Shown: positions 8,914-18,399 of the stretch, piece after piece
How the letters are laid out: every line of letters begins with the position of its first letter
How positions within the stretch are numbered: position 1 is the stretch's first letter
Notes under the pieces: model-generated
What the model saw: the letters and a program-made list of their open reading frames with translations, nothing else
Told to the model about the DNA's origin: nothing
Databases searched by the model: none
Position numbers and translations under genes: made by a program
NCBI GenBank assembly: GCA_017935565.1
Contig: JAGBHK010000021.1
Location: 39,681 to 103,680 of the forward strand
Direction of reading: 5' to 3'
DNA length: 64,000 nucleotides
DNA from: Lachnospiraceae bacterium
GTDB taxonomy: Bacteria; Bacillota; Clostridia; Lachnospirales; Lachnospiraceae

Positions 8914-11367
8914 TTATCCAAACACTTTCTTAGCAATATCTACTGCTTCTTTAGCATCTTTTGCATAAAAGTTAGCATCTATCTTTTTAGCATATTCAGG
9001 TGTTAACACCGCTCCACCAACCATAACTTTTACATCATCAAAGTTTTCTCTGATTAATTTTATTGTATCTTCCATCGATCCTAAAGTTGTTGTCATAAGC
9101 GCTGAAAGACCAACCAACTTCACATTATGTTGCTTTACAGCCTCCACAACTTTTGATGGGTCAACGTCTTTTCCTAAATCGATAACTGTGTATCCATAGT
9201 TTTCTAATAATACCTTTACAATATTCTTTCCAATGTCATGAATATCACCTTTTACAGTTGCAAGGACAATTTTACCTCTTTCAATCTGTTTTTCACCGCT
9301 TTTTGACAATGATTCTTTTATAACTTCAAATGCATTTTGTGCGGCAGTTGCAGATAAAATAAGCTGTGGCAAGAAAATTTTTCCCTGTTCAAACTGTGTT
9401 CCCGCTTTATCAAGGGCTGGAATCAAGATGTTATTTACCAAATCCATTGTATTATAGCCATCATTTATAAGTTCTCTGGTGTAATTTGTTGCTTCAACCT
9501 TCAAACCAGTTTCAATAGCATTAACTAATTTTTCTTCCTTTGTATCTCCACTAGCACCCTTTGAATCAGTATTAACAGACATTTTATTATCAACACTTGT
9601 TTTTATAGTTTTGTCACCAAAATATGAAACAAAGTTTGTAGAATTAACATCTATTGCATTTAAAACCTTATAACCCATAAATGCGCCCATCATTGAATGA
9701 ATATTAGGATTCATAATAGGTAAGTCAAGTCCACTATTTAATGCCATTGTTAAAAATGTAGAATTAATAAGTTCTCTATTTGGCAATCCAAATGAAATAT
9801 TCGAAACGCCAAGAACAGTTTTTAATCCAAGTTCATTTTTCACTCTATTAAGTGCTGTAAGTGTTTCTTTGGCACCTTCCTGCTCTGCAGATACAGTAAG
9901 TGTAAGACAATCTATAAATACATTTTCCTTAGGAATGCCGTAAGAAATAGCTCTTTCCATTATTTTTTTAGCAATTTCAAATCTGCCTTCACTAGTTTTT
10001 GGAATACCGTTTTCATCAAGAGTAAGACCTACAACACATGCGCCGTATTTCTTTACCAATGGTAACACAGTACTTAAAGATTTTTCCTCGCCATTAACAG
10101 AGTTTACAATAGGTTTACCATTATAAATTCTAAGAGCACCTTCTAAAACTTCAGGAATTGTTGAATCAATCTGTAATGGTACATCTATTACTTCCTGTAA
10201 GGCCTTAATAACACTAATTATCATTTCCTTCTCATCTATTCCAGGAAGACCAACATTTACATCTAATATATCTGCATTTGCATTAATCTGCTCAACTGCC
10301 TGGCCTAAAATATAATTAATGTCATTATTAAGCAATGCTTCTTTAAATTTCTTCTTTCCTGTAGGATTGATTCTTTCACCAATAACTCTAGGCTCATCAA
10401 TTAAACAAACATTTGTTGCAGAACAAACAGCAGGAATGCCTTTAAATTCCTGTTCTACAACTTCTGTATTTGTAAAATCAATATTTTCCAAAGTGTTTTT
10501 CAATTCAAAAATGAATTCTTCGTTTGTTCCACAACATCCACCGTAGAATTTAACATTATATTTGACAAATTCCTTCATAAGACTGGCAAATTCCTGTGGT
10601 GTAACATTATATGTATTAGTTTCAGGATCTGGTAAACCTGCATTTGGTATCAAACATAATGGTAGGCTTGTCCATTTACGAAGTTCACATACAACTGGCA
10701 AAAGTTCCTTTGGTCCTAATGAACAGTTAATACCAATGGCACAAACCCCTAAACCTTCCAATGTCAATGCCATTGAAGATATTGCACATCCAGTAAATGT
10801 ACGCATATTTTCTTCAAATGTCATTGTAACAATAATTGGCTTATCTGTATTTTCTTTCGCAGCAAGAACAGCCGCTTTAACTTCCATTAAATCTGTTTGA
10901 GTTTCAATAACAATAACATCTGCCTTACTTCCTGCAAGCATCTGTCTTTTATAATATTCATAAGCTGTATCAAACGGCAATGTGCCTGTTGGTTCAAGCA
11001 TTTGCCCAATCGGTCCTAAATCAAGCGCAACCAAAGCCTCTTTTCCAGATTCAACAACAGCCTCTTTAGCATTATTAATACCTGCAGTAATCAAATCCTC
11101 AACTGAATACTGACTTTTAGATAATTTATATGGATTTGCTCCAAATGTATTAGCATAAATTATATCAGCACCAGCATTAAGATAAAGTTTATGAATGTCT
11201 TTAATTAATTCCTTATCAGTAATATTTAATTCTTCACATAAGCCTCCGATTTTAAGACCTCTTCTTTGAAGCATTGTTCCCATTGCTCCGTCAAGTAATA
11301 CATAATCCTTATTCAATAAACTATTAAAATCCACAATGACCTCCATCTGCCCTATACTGACATACAT
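8914..11367 (-). CDS. metH: Methionine synthase (homocysteine S-methyltransferase, pterin-binding and B12-binding modules; no activation domain)
   Basis: 817 aa. Hcy-binding N-terminus with GGCCGT, a pterin-binding middle and a cobalamin-binding DIHDIGKN motif. The true start may be GTG at 11334 (GGAGG 5 nt upstream) or ATG at 11346. Confidence 0.9.
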   Translation of the reverse strand: MYVSIGQMEVIVDFNSLLNKDYVLLDGAMGTMLQRRGLKIGGLCEELNITDKELIKDIHKLYLNAGADIIYANTFGANPYKLSKSQYSVEDLITAGINNAKEAVVESGKEALVALDLGPIGQMLEPTGTLPFDTAYEYYKRQMLAGSKADVIVIETQTDLMEVKAAVLAAKENTDKPIIVTMTFEENMRTFTGCAISSMALTLEGLGVCAIGINCSLGPKELLPVVCELRKWTSLPLCLIPNAGLPDPETNTYNVTPQEFASLMKEFVKYNVKFYGGCCGTNEEFIFELKNTLENIDFTNTEVVEQEFKGIPAVCSATNVCLIDEPRVIGERINPTGKKKFKEALLNNDINYILGQAVEQINANADILDVNVGLPGIDEKEMIISVIKALQEVIDVPLQIDSTIPEVLEGALRIYNGKPIVNSVNGEEKSLSTVLPLVKKYGACVVGLTLDENGIPKTSEGRFEIAKKIMERAISYGIPKENVFIDCLTLTVSAEQEGAKETLTALNRVKNELGLKTVLGVSNISFGLPNRELINSTFLTMALNSGLDLPIMNPNIHSMMGAFMGYKVLNAIDVNSTNFVSYFGDKTIKTSVDNKMSVNTDSKGASGDTKEEKLVNAIETGLKVEATNYTRELINDGYNTMDLVNNILIPALDKAGTQFEQGKIFLPQLILSATAAQNAFEVIKESLSKSGEKQIERGKIVLATVKGDIHDIGKNIVKVLLENYGYTVIDLGKDVDPSKVVEAVKQHNVKLVGLSALMTTTLGSMEDTIKLIRENFDDVKVMVGGAVLTPEYAKKIDANFYAKDAKEAVDIAKKVFG

Positions 11368-12016
11368 CTTTCATATTACATGTTACGCATCCTCTAGACT
11401 TTTTATCTAAAGGATTTTTACTTAAACCTATAACACAGGCTACAGATTTTCTAGGTGTCAACAAAAATGATTCATTTGTAGTCACACCTATAACCTTACC
11501 TGCATCAAGAATATTTAAAAAAATAGGTTCAAGCTTAAGCGGCAAATCGCCGTAACCAAGACCGAACCTATAGGTAAAATACATATCCTTGTACTTTTCT
11601 TTCAATTCAGTTTCGATATCATCACAAAAATCATCTATTCTGACTGACGCAACGCTATCTGCTATCAATGCCTTAGACATATCCTTTAATTCGCATAATT
11701 TTATGTATTTATCAACCTGCATGCCTAATGTTGCGCATAACAGTATGACTGCATTGCATCCTTTGAGATGATTAGTTATTGATTTTCCAGTAAGACTAAG
11801 GTTTGTACCAAGAACCTCCACACTGTCTTCCTTAAATTCGATATCAAAAACTTTATATACATATCCGGAATTTTCGTTTTCAAGCACCTCTTGTTTACAT
11901 AATTTAATTATGTTAAGAACATTCTCGTCCGGTATATTTCCTTTATATCCTAAATATTTATAAATTAATTTATCATTCAACTTAATACATAACCTCTTAA
12001 TTAAGTAAGCTTCCAA
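11324..12016 (-). CDS. Methionine synthase activation (SAM-binding) domain protein
   Basis: 230 aa. Lies between metF and metH and overlaps both. Its size and position match the stand-alone vitamin-B12-dependent methionine synthase activation domain of Clostridia. The call rests on context and general pattern. Confidence 0.75.
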   Translation of the reverse strand: MEAYLIKRLCIKLNDKLIYKYLGYKGNIPDENVLNIIKLCKQEVLENENSGYVYKVFDIEFKEDSVEVLGTNLSLTGKSITNHLKGCNAVILLCATLGMQVDKYIKLCELKDMSKALIADSVASVRIDDFCDDIETELKEKYKDMYFTYRFGLGYGDLPLKLEPIFLNILDAGKVIGVTTNESFLLTPRKSVACVIGLSKNPLDKKSRGCVTCNMKDVCQYRADGGHCGF

Positions 12017-12863
12017 CAGCTTCTGAAATTCTTTTCGCTACATATGGACTATTCATTGTATAAAGATGAATTCCATCTACGCCTTGAGATATTAAATCAA
12101 CTATTTGATCGATTGCATAGGCTATACCCGCATCTCTTAAGGCTTCAGGCTTATCTGCATACTTATTCATAATCTTTGAAAATTTTGCTGGTAAGCTGGC
12201 ACCACACATGGATACCATTCTTTCAATCTGGCTCTTGTTGGTTACAGGCATAATTCCAGCTTCAACAGGAACCTTAATGTCCGCAATTTCAACCTTTTCC
12301 ATAAAATTATAAAATGCATTATTATCGAAAAACAACTGTGAAATCAAATGACTAGCACCACACTCTACCTTATACTTAAGGTTCTTAATATCAGCCGCCA
12401 TACTGTCAGCTTCCATATGACCTTCTGGATAACAAGCCGCAGCAATATCAAAATCACCATTTTCTTTAACAAACTTAATTAAATCACTAGCATACTTAAA
12501 TTCTTCACATCTAGGAATATCAGGCACAATATCTCCTCTGAGGGCAAGAATGTTCTCGATTCCATTGTTTTTAAGGTTATTAAGTTCTGCTAAAACCTGC
12601 TCTTTTCCAGAGTTCACACATGTAAGATGTGCAACTGGCTCAATATTGTACTTATGCTTAATAACAGAAGCAATTTCACAAGTTTTACTATTTCCTGCTT
12701 CTAAACCACCTGCTCCATAAGTAACACTAATAAAATCAGGCTTTAAATTCTTTAGTTCTTCTAATGTGTTGTAAATTGTATCAATACTGCTTGTCTTCTT
12801 TGGTGGAAATATCTCAAAAGAAAAAACAGTCTCTTTTTCTTGAAAAACCGATGCTAATTTCAT
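11997..12863 (-). CDS. metF: Methylenetetrahydrofolate reductase
   Basis: 288 aa. FSFEIFPPK...ISVTYGAGG...AHLTC are classic MetF motifs. Confidence 0.9.
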   Translation of the reverse strand: MKLASVFQEKETVFSFEIFPPKKTSSIDTIYNTLEELKNLKPDFISVTYGAGGLEAGNSKTCEIASVIKHKYNIEPVAHLTCVNSGKEQVLAELNNLKNNGIENILALRGDIVPDIPRCEEFKYASDLIKFVKENGDFDIAAACYPEGHMEADSMAADIKNLKYKVECGASHLISQLFFDNNAFYNFMEKVEIADIKVPVEAGIMPVTNKSQIERMVSMCGASLPAKFSKIMNKYADKPEALRDAGIAYAIDQIVDLISQGVDGIHLYTMNSPYVAKRISEAVGSLLN

Positions 12864-12881
12864 TGTTAATTCTCTCCTTAC

Positions 12882-13019
12882 TTAAGAACAGAACAGATTA
12901 TAGCCTATAATAAGCATTGCTGAAATCATAAGCAAAAACCAAAAATTAAAATCAATATACATTCCTATTGCTATGCCAATTCCTAGCCAAAATAGTATAA
13001 ATCCACATAATCTACGCAT
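12882..13019 (-). CDS. Possible 45-aa small membrane protein (not in the ORF track)
   Basis: Own translation: MRRLCGFILFWLGIGIAIGMYIDFNFWFLLMISAMLIIGYNLFCS*. Two hydrophobic segments. Fills most of the ytfJ-metF gap. Only a weak SD. Confidence 0.35.
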   Translation of the reverse strand: MRRLCGFILFWLGIGIAIGMYIDFNFWFLLMISAMLIIGYNLFCS

Positions 13020-13070
13020 ATAAAAATCTCGTTTTTAATATTATATGCGAATGATTAGAAATAATTAATC

Positions 13071-13469
13071 TTATTTTTCTTCAGTCTGTTCCTGTGCTGC
13101 ATTTAAAATTTCTTCATCTGTAAGTTCGTTATCTTTTTTCTTTGTAATCTTATTAATGATATCTGGAACCATATCAAGAATCTTTGAAACTCCATCCTGA
13201 TTCTTTACACTAATAATCTTGCTTGAACCATTGTGAATAACAAGTACTGCTGTAGGAGACATTTTTGCACCCATACCGCCACTGGCAGTTGCCTTAGTAC
13301 CATCACCCTTTGTACCAGCACCCATACCAAATGATACATCTACCAAAGGTAAGATGATAGTATCTTCAATATGAATAGCTTCACCTACAACTGTCTTTGT
13401 AGACATAAACTTGTTCATTCCATCAAATAATGAACTTACTGCTCCATCAAAATTAATTTTTTCTGACAT
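13071..13469 (-). CDS. ytfJ: Sporulation protein YtfJ (GerW family)
   Basis: 132 aa. GEAIHIEDTIILPLVDVSFGMGAG...GGMGAKMSPTAVLVI is the YtfJ/GerW pattern. Confidence 0.85.
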   Translation of the reverse strand: MSEKINFDGAVSSLFDGMNKFMSTKTVVGEAIHIEDTIILPLVDVSFGMGAGTKGDGTKATASGGMGAKMSPTAVLVIHNGSSKIISVKNQDGVSKILDMVPDIINKITKKKDNELTDEEILNAAQEQTEEK

Positions 13470-13496
13470 AAAAATCCTCCATTCTAAAGCTTTATT

Positions 13497-14378
13497 TTAA
13501 TGCTTCTTGATAAATTTTAATAATTTCTTAATCCACTTGTTTCTCCATAATTTGAATGCTAAAACTACAAATCTATACAATCTTATTCGACCTTTAAACT
13601 TGACATTAGCTTCAAACACTTTATTATCAAAATCCGGTTCTAAGGTAATATTATCAGCATACACACCATGGAAAATGCATATTGCACCTAATGCCTTACC
13701 TGTAGTCTCCGGATTATCGAAACCAAATTTTACATTACCTTTAAGTTTAGTAGGTAATACATACAAAAGCAAATCCAACAACATTTTTAATATCAATTTA
13801 ATATTTGTAATGGATTCCTCTGTTGTAAGAAAATCTTTATAATCAGTAATCTTTTTGAGGACATTCTTGATTTTATCACAAATATTTTTAATTTTAAATT
13901 TGATATTATTTATAACCTCTAATAGTTTTTGACTAATACTCTTTTTTTCTTTTGTTTCTGTTTGGTTTTTTGCATGCGAAGGTTCTTTTTTATCATCCGG
14001 CTCCGTTTTAGGTTCTTCTTGTTTTTTAGGTTCTTCTTGCTTTTTAGGTTCTTCTTGCTTTTTAGGTTCTTCTTGCTTTTTAGCCTCAACCTCTTTTGTT
14101 TCCTTAGTTTTCTTTGGCTTTTTAGGTTTTTCGCTATTTAATATAGTTATTCCCAAAATCTTTATTTTATATTTCAGTTTTTTATCAATAAATTCCAGCC
14201 TAACCGATATCAAATGCAATAACCACGTAACCTTTGCCTTTACGTCAATATTATTTACATTTGCATTATACCTTATTGGAACAAATAACACTATTAATAT
14301 TAATCCAACAATTAATCCCAAGGTTATGGCTAAAAGGATACCGATAACTTTTAAAGTTGTAAGCAATATATGTATCAT
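13497..14378 (-). CDS. ytfI: YtfI-like membrane protein (DUF2953-like)
   Basis: 293 aa. N-terminal TM. Lies directly upstream of ytfJ, as in the B. subtilis ytfI-ytfJ pair. Lys/Glu-rich linker with a KKQEEP x4 repeat. Confidence 0.7.
   Translation of the reverse strand: MIHILLTTLKVIGILLAITLGLIVGLILIVLFVPIRYNANVNNIDVKAKVTWLLHLISVRLEFIDKKLKYKIKILGITILNSEKPKKPKKTKETKEVEAKKQEEPKKQEEPKKQEEPKKQEEPKTEPDDKKEPSHAKNQTETKEKKSISQKLLEVINNIKFKIKNICDKIKNVLKKITDYKDFLTTEESITNIKLILKMLLDLLLYVLPTKLKGNVKFGFDNPETTGKALGAICIFHGVYADNITLEPDFDNKVFEANVKFKGRIRLYRFVVLAFKLWRNKWIKKLLKFIKKH
14010..14081. repeat. Four tandem 18-bp repeats (aggttcttcttg[ct]ttttt) inside ytfI
   Basis: Read directly. Units at 14010, 14028, 14046 and 14064 encode KKQEEP x4 on the minus strand. 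Confidence 0.9.
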
Positions 14379-14692
14379 TTAGCCACCCCGTTCTTAATAT
14401 ATTCCGAAACATTAAAGCTATTTGTCTTTTTATAACATTCAAGAATAATTGAAGACATTAGATTTAATGCTTTCTTCCTGCTATCTGCAATCCCGACTAT
14501 ATATAAATCAAGATTTTTATATGCAGGTTGTAATAGCACATAGGATGGATATAATTCAAGGATTCCATCATTACCAACAGGCAAAGTAATAACAAATGCA
14601 GAAAACTGCAATTTGTTATTCTTAATATTTTTGATTATTTTTCGCTTGTTTTTTATATCCTTGTTAAAATATATCCTATCGTGCCAAACCAT
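14375..14692 (-). CDS. Hypothetical protein
   Basis: 105 aa. SD GGAGAA upstream. The stop overlaps the ytfI start (ATGA), so the two are translationally coupled. No recognisable motif. Confidence 0.6.
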   Translation of the reverse strand: MVWHDRIYFNKDIKNKRKIIKNIKNNKLQFSAFVITLPVGNDGILELYPSYVLLQPAYKNLDLYIVGIADSRKKALNLMSSIILECYKKTNSFNVSEYIKNGVAK

Positions 14693-14711
14693 TATTATTT
14701 CTCCACTAAAG

Positions 14712-16097
14712 TTAATCTTCCATTAATGAGTACAAAATCTCTTTACATGCTATTTTTTCAGCCTCATCACTGCAACCTACCATAGAATTATAAATATAAT
14801 CCTGAATTTCGCTGATATTACCAAAGAATACAGGTAATCCACTTAATATATTTGCCATTGCAGCCCTAACAAATGCTTTAGAATTCAATGATGCAAACAT
14901 ATTATAGTCTTCGGTAAACTTTTTATACATTTCATCAACATAATCTTCAGTCACAGCTTCTCTTTGTTCTTCAACAACTTCCTCTTCTTCAAACTCAATG
15001 AAAATACTTACTGACTGCAATTTTTCCATTAAACGAAGTGATTCATACTGGTGAGAAAGCATTAATGAACCAATTAAATCTGTATATGAATTTTCAATAA
15101 CATCAAATATATATTCATATTTTCCAATAAAACTTGAATATTTTTCCTGCTTACCTTCAAGTTGCATAAGATGTTCTTCTAGTTCTTCATCTGTATTATT
15201 AATATTTTCAACAATAATCTTACAGATATCTTTTTCTTCGCAATCCATTGATACATAAGGCATTGCAAGTAAAATTACATACAAATCGTTAACGAGTTCC
15301 TGAAAAAGCATATAATCACTTGCAGTTTTTTCAATATAAGTAGCTGCGTAATTCAACAATTCAGACATACTGTCATACTCGTCCTTTGAAATGTTCTTGT
15401 AATCAACATTTTTAAGTTTTTCAAGTATTTCAGTAATATCATCCGAAACAGTAAATGCCTCCGATGAAACATCAATTGTTGCCGCTGTTCTAAGCATATA
15501 CATAAAATCATCGAGGCTCTTCTTTTCGCTTCCTTTGTACACTTTCATTCCTTCGTATACATATTCTAAAAATCTAGCCTTAAGCATTCTAACAGGTAAT
15601 TGACGAACAACATCGCAAATCTTCATTGAGATTACCATCTTATCCTCGTCAGACACAATGTAACGCATTACATCTCTTGTGAAATCTTCATCCTTAATTT
15701 TTCCGAATTTATCATCTTCTTTGAATCTATATTCAACTCTATTAAGACAATATTCATACATATTTAGGATATCAACAACACTGGTAATACCTTTCATATC
15801 TGTAATTACAGCATTTCTAATATCATCGATTTCCTTAATTGCGTCAGTTAATTCAGCTACATTAGGATTCTTTAATACGAATTTATCTACAAGATAATTG
15901 AATCGCTCAAATAATGCTTCTAATTTACTGTTTCTATTAGCATTTTCTTCTATAAAACTGTCATAATATGTGTAATAATTCATTGTAAATCTTACATAAG
16001 AATTTTTACAATAATTATCCATCATACCTTCAAAATACTGTGGAAAGTTTATTTCTAAATCCTTTCCATTTGTAATATTATTAACTATATTTTTCAT
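14712..16097 (-). CDS. Hypothetical protein (acidic, helical, no TM segment)
   Basis: 461 aa. SD AGAGG upstream. Coding-like composition over its whole length. No motif I can name. Confidence 0.7.
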   Translation of the reverse strand: MKNIVNNITNGKDLEINFPQYFEGMMDNYCKNSYVRFTMNYYTYYDSFIEENANRNSKLEALFERFNYLVDKFVLKNPNVAELTDAIKEIDDIRNAVITDMKGITSVVDILNMYEYCLNRVEYRFKEDDKFGKIKDEDFTRDVMRYIVSDEDKMVISMKICDVVRQLPVRMLKARFLEYVYEGMKVYKGSEKKSLDDFMYMLRTAATIDVSSEAFTVSDDITEILEKLKNVDYKNISKDEYDSMSELLNYAATYIEKTASDYMLFQELVNDLYVILLAMPYVSMDCEEKDICKIIVENINNTDEELEEHLMQLEGKQEKYSSFIGKYEYIFDVIENSYTDLIGSLMLSHQYESLRLMEKLQSVSIFIEFEEEEVVEEQREAVTEDYVDEMYKKFTEDYNMFASLNSKAFVRAAMANILSGLPVFFGNISEIQDYIYNSMVGCSDEAEKIACKEILYSLMED

Positions 16098-16112
16098 GAT
16101 ATAAACCTCTGA

Positions 16113-17396
16113 TTACTTTAAAATATCACAGAAATCAAATGTAGCAAAATAATCATCAATTGTTTCTGCTCTTCTAATCATTTGAACACTTCCATCTTCC
16201 TTAAGAAGAAGTTCTGCGCTTCTAAGTTTACCATTGTAATTGTAACCCATTGCATATCCATGAGCTCCTGTATCATGAATGAATAAATAGTCGCCCATAT
16301 CAATCTTTGGCATCATTCTATCAACAGCAAACTTATCGTTATTTTCACAAAGTGAACCAGTAATATCGTACTTATATTCACAAGGAGCGTTTTCTTTTCC
16401 AAGAACTGTAATATGATGATAAGCACCATACATTGCAGGTCTCATAAGATTACATGCACAAGCATCACATCCGATGTATTCTTTGTAAATGTGCTTTTCA
16501 TGTACGGCCTTTGTTACAAGTGCACCATATGGTCCCATCATAAATCTACCAAGTTCTGTGCAAAGAGCAACATCACCCATTCCCGCTGGCACTAAAACTT
16601 CCTCGTAAACCTTTCTTACTCCTTCACCAATAACCATAATGTCATTAGCATCCTGTTCTGGTCTATAAGGTATACCAATACCGCCTGAAAGATTGATAAA
16701 TGTAATATGGCAGCCTGTAGCTTCCTTAACTTCTACAGCTGTTTCAAACAATGTTTTAGCAAGTGTTGGATAATATTCATTTGTAACAGTGTTACTAGCA
16801 AGGAATGCATGAATACCAAATTCCTTAACACCTTTTTCCTTTAAAATCTTGAATCCTTCAATAAGCTGTTCCTTTGTAACACCATACTTAGCTTCACCAG
16901 GATTATCCATAATTGTTGTACTAATTTTAAATGTTCCACCAGGATTGTATCTCATCGAAATCTTTTCTGGAATTCCTGCGCATTTTTCAAGGAAATCAAT
17001 ATGTGTAAAGTCATCAAGATTGATGATTGCACCAATTTCTTTAGCATATACAAATTCTTCAGCTGGTGTTGCATTTGATGAGAACATAATTCCATCAGCC
17101 ATATCCTTGCCACCAAAACCAAGCTTATTAGCCATAACAAGCTCTGACATTGAAGAACAATCGCAACCACAACCATATTCCTTTAAAATATTAATTAAAA
17201 ACGGATTTGGAGTAGCCTTAACTGCAAAATATTCTCTAAAGCCTTTATTCCAACTAAATGCCTCTTTAACCTTCTTTACATTTTCTCTAATACCCTTTTC
17301 ATCATAAATGTGAAATGGTGTTGGGTATGTTTTTGTTATTTCCTTAATCTGTTCCAATGTTACAAATGGTTTCTTTTCCATAATTCTTATCTCCAT
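16113..17396 (-). CDS. lysA: Diaminopimelate decarboxylase (PLP-dependent, Orn/DAP/Arg decarboxylase family 2)
   Basis: 427 aa. PLP-lysine motif YFAVKATPNP, glycine-rich LSGGIGIPY, C-terminal GAHGYAMGYNYNG. Confidence 0.85.
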   Translation of the reverse strand: MEIRIMEKKPFVTLEQIKEITKTYPTPFHIYDEKGIRENVKKVKEAFSWNKGFREYFAVKATPNPFLINILKEYGCGCDCSSMSELVMANKLGFGGKDMADGIMFSSNATPAEEFVYAKEIGAIINLDDFTHIDFLEKCAGIPEKISMRYNPGGTFKISTTIMDNPGEAKYGVTKEQLIEGFKILKEKGVKEFGIHAFLASNTVTNEYYPTLAKTLFETAVEVKEATGCHITFINLSGGIGIPYRPEQDANDIMVIGEGVRKVYEEVLVPAGMGDVALCTELGRFMMGPYGALVTKAVHEKHIYKEYIGCDACACNLMRPAMYGAYHHITVLGKENAPCEYKYDITGSLCENNDKFAVDRMMPKIDMGDYLFIHDTGAHGYAMGYNYNGKLRSAELLLKEDGSVQMIRRAETIDDYFATFDFCDILK

Positions 17397-18397
17397 TCTG
17401 CGTCTGTTATTTCGCTCTTTCTATCTCTTCCCATAAGTGAAGCAATTGCTTCATTCATAGACTTATTTTCAAATAATACAGCATTTACCTCATTTACGAT
17501 AGGCATATTTACACCATATTTTGTGGCAAGTTTCTTTGCTGCCTTAGCTGAATACACGCCTTCAACAACCTGTTTAACTTCAGCCATCGCTTCCTCCCTA
17601 GTCAAACCTTGACCCATGAGTTTTCCTGCGCGACGATTTCTACTATGCTGACTTTGACATGTAACAATCAAGTCACCTACGCCAGATAAACCATTAAGTG
17701 TTTCAATCTTCGCACCCATAGCGACACCTAGTCTTGTGATTTCAGCCATACCTCTTGTAATAAGAGCAGCCATTGAATTATCACCAAATCCAACACCATC
17801 AAGCATACCTGCCGCTAACGCAATAACATTTTTTATAGAACCACCAAGTTCAATACCTAAAATATCAGGACTTATGTAAATTCTAAATGTATCATTCATA
17901 AATGCATTTTGTACCAATTCAGCTGTTGTCTTTGATTTAGCACCAACTACACACAATGTAGGTAAACCGCGGCTTACTTCTTCTGCATGTGTAGGTCCGG
18001 ATAATACACAAACATCTGCGGTAGGTAACTCATCACTTATAATATCAGTCATTGTCATAAGTGTATCTTCTTCAATACCTTTTGCCACATTGACGATAAT
18101 CTGCTTATCCTTAATATAAGGTCTAATAGTCGCTGATGTGCTTCTAATAAACTTTGATGCAACAGCAAGAACTATTATTGCCTTATCATGAACAGCACTT
18201 GCAATATCTGTTGTAATTTCAATACTTTCAGGAATCTTAATCCCCGGAAGGCTTATTGTATTTTCTCTTTGATTTGTAAGCATTTCAGCTTCACTTTCAA
18301 GTTTTGTCCAAACAGTAACATTGTTACCATTTTTATTTAATTCAAGAGCAAGCGCTAAGCCCCATGCTCCTGCACCTAATACACATACGTCTGACAT
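17387..18397 (-). CDS. gpsA: NAD(P)H-dependent glycerol-3-phosphate dehydrogenase
   Basis: 336 aa. N-terminal VLGAGAWGLALA Rossmann motif and the SIKNVIALAAGM region. der-plsY-gpsA synteny. Confidence 0.95.
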   Translation of the reverse strand: MSDVCVLGAGAWGLALALELNKNGNNVTVWTKLESEAEMLTNQRENTISLPGIKIPESIEITTDIASAVHDKAIIVLAVASKFIRSTSATIRPYIKDKQIIVNVAKGIEEDTLMTMTDIISDELPTADVCVLSGPTHAEEVSRGLPTLCVVGAKSKTTAELVQNAFMNDTFRIYISPDILGIELGGSIKNVIALAAGMLDGVGFGDNSMAALITRGMAEITRLGVAMGAKIETLNGLSGVGDLIVTCQSQHSRNRRAGKLMGQGLTREEAMAEVKQVVEGVYSAKAAKKLATKYGVNMPIVNEVNAVLFENKSMNEAIASLMGRDRKSEITDAEWR

Positions 18398-18399
18398 AA

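Noticed and set aside
12864-13070. Looked for SAM, lysine, T-box or other leader elements upstream of metF, lysA and ilvA.
   Set aside because: lysA and ilvA start within 15 nt of, or overlap, the preceding genes. The metF upstream gap is occupied by a small ORF and is too short and AT-rich to hold a riboswitch aptamer.
14010-14081. Tandem repeats checked as a possible CRISPR array. The periodic segments at 29804-29845 and 30253-30342 were checked too.
   Set aside because: The units are 9-18 bp, contiguous without spacers, and in frame within coding sequences. No cas genes are present. These are coding low-complexity repeats.
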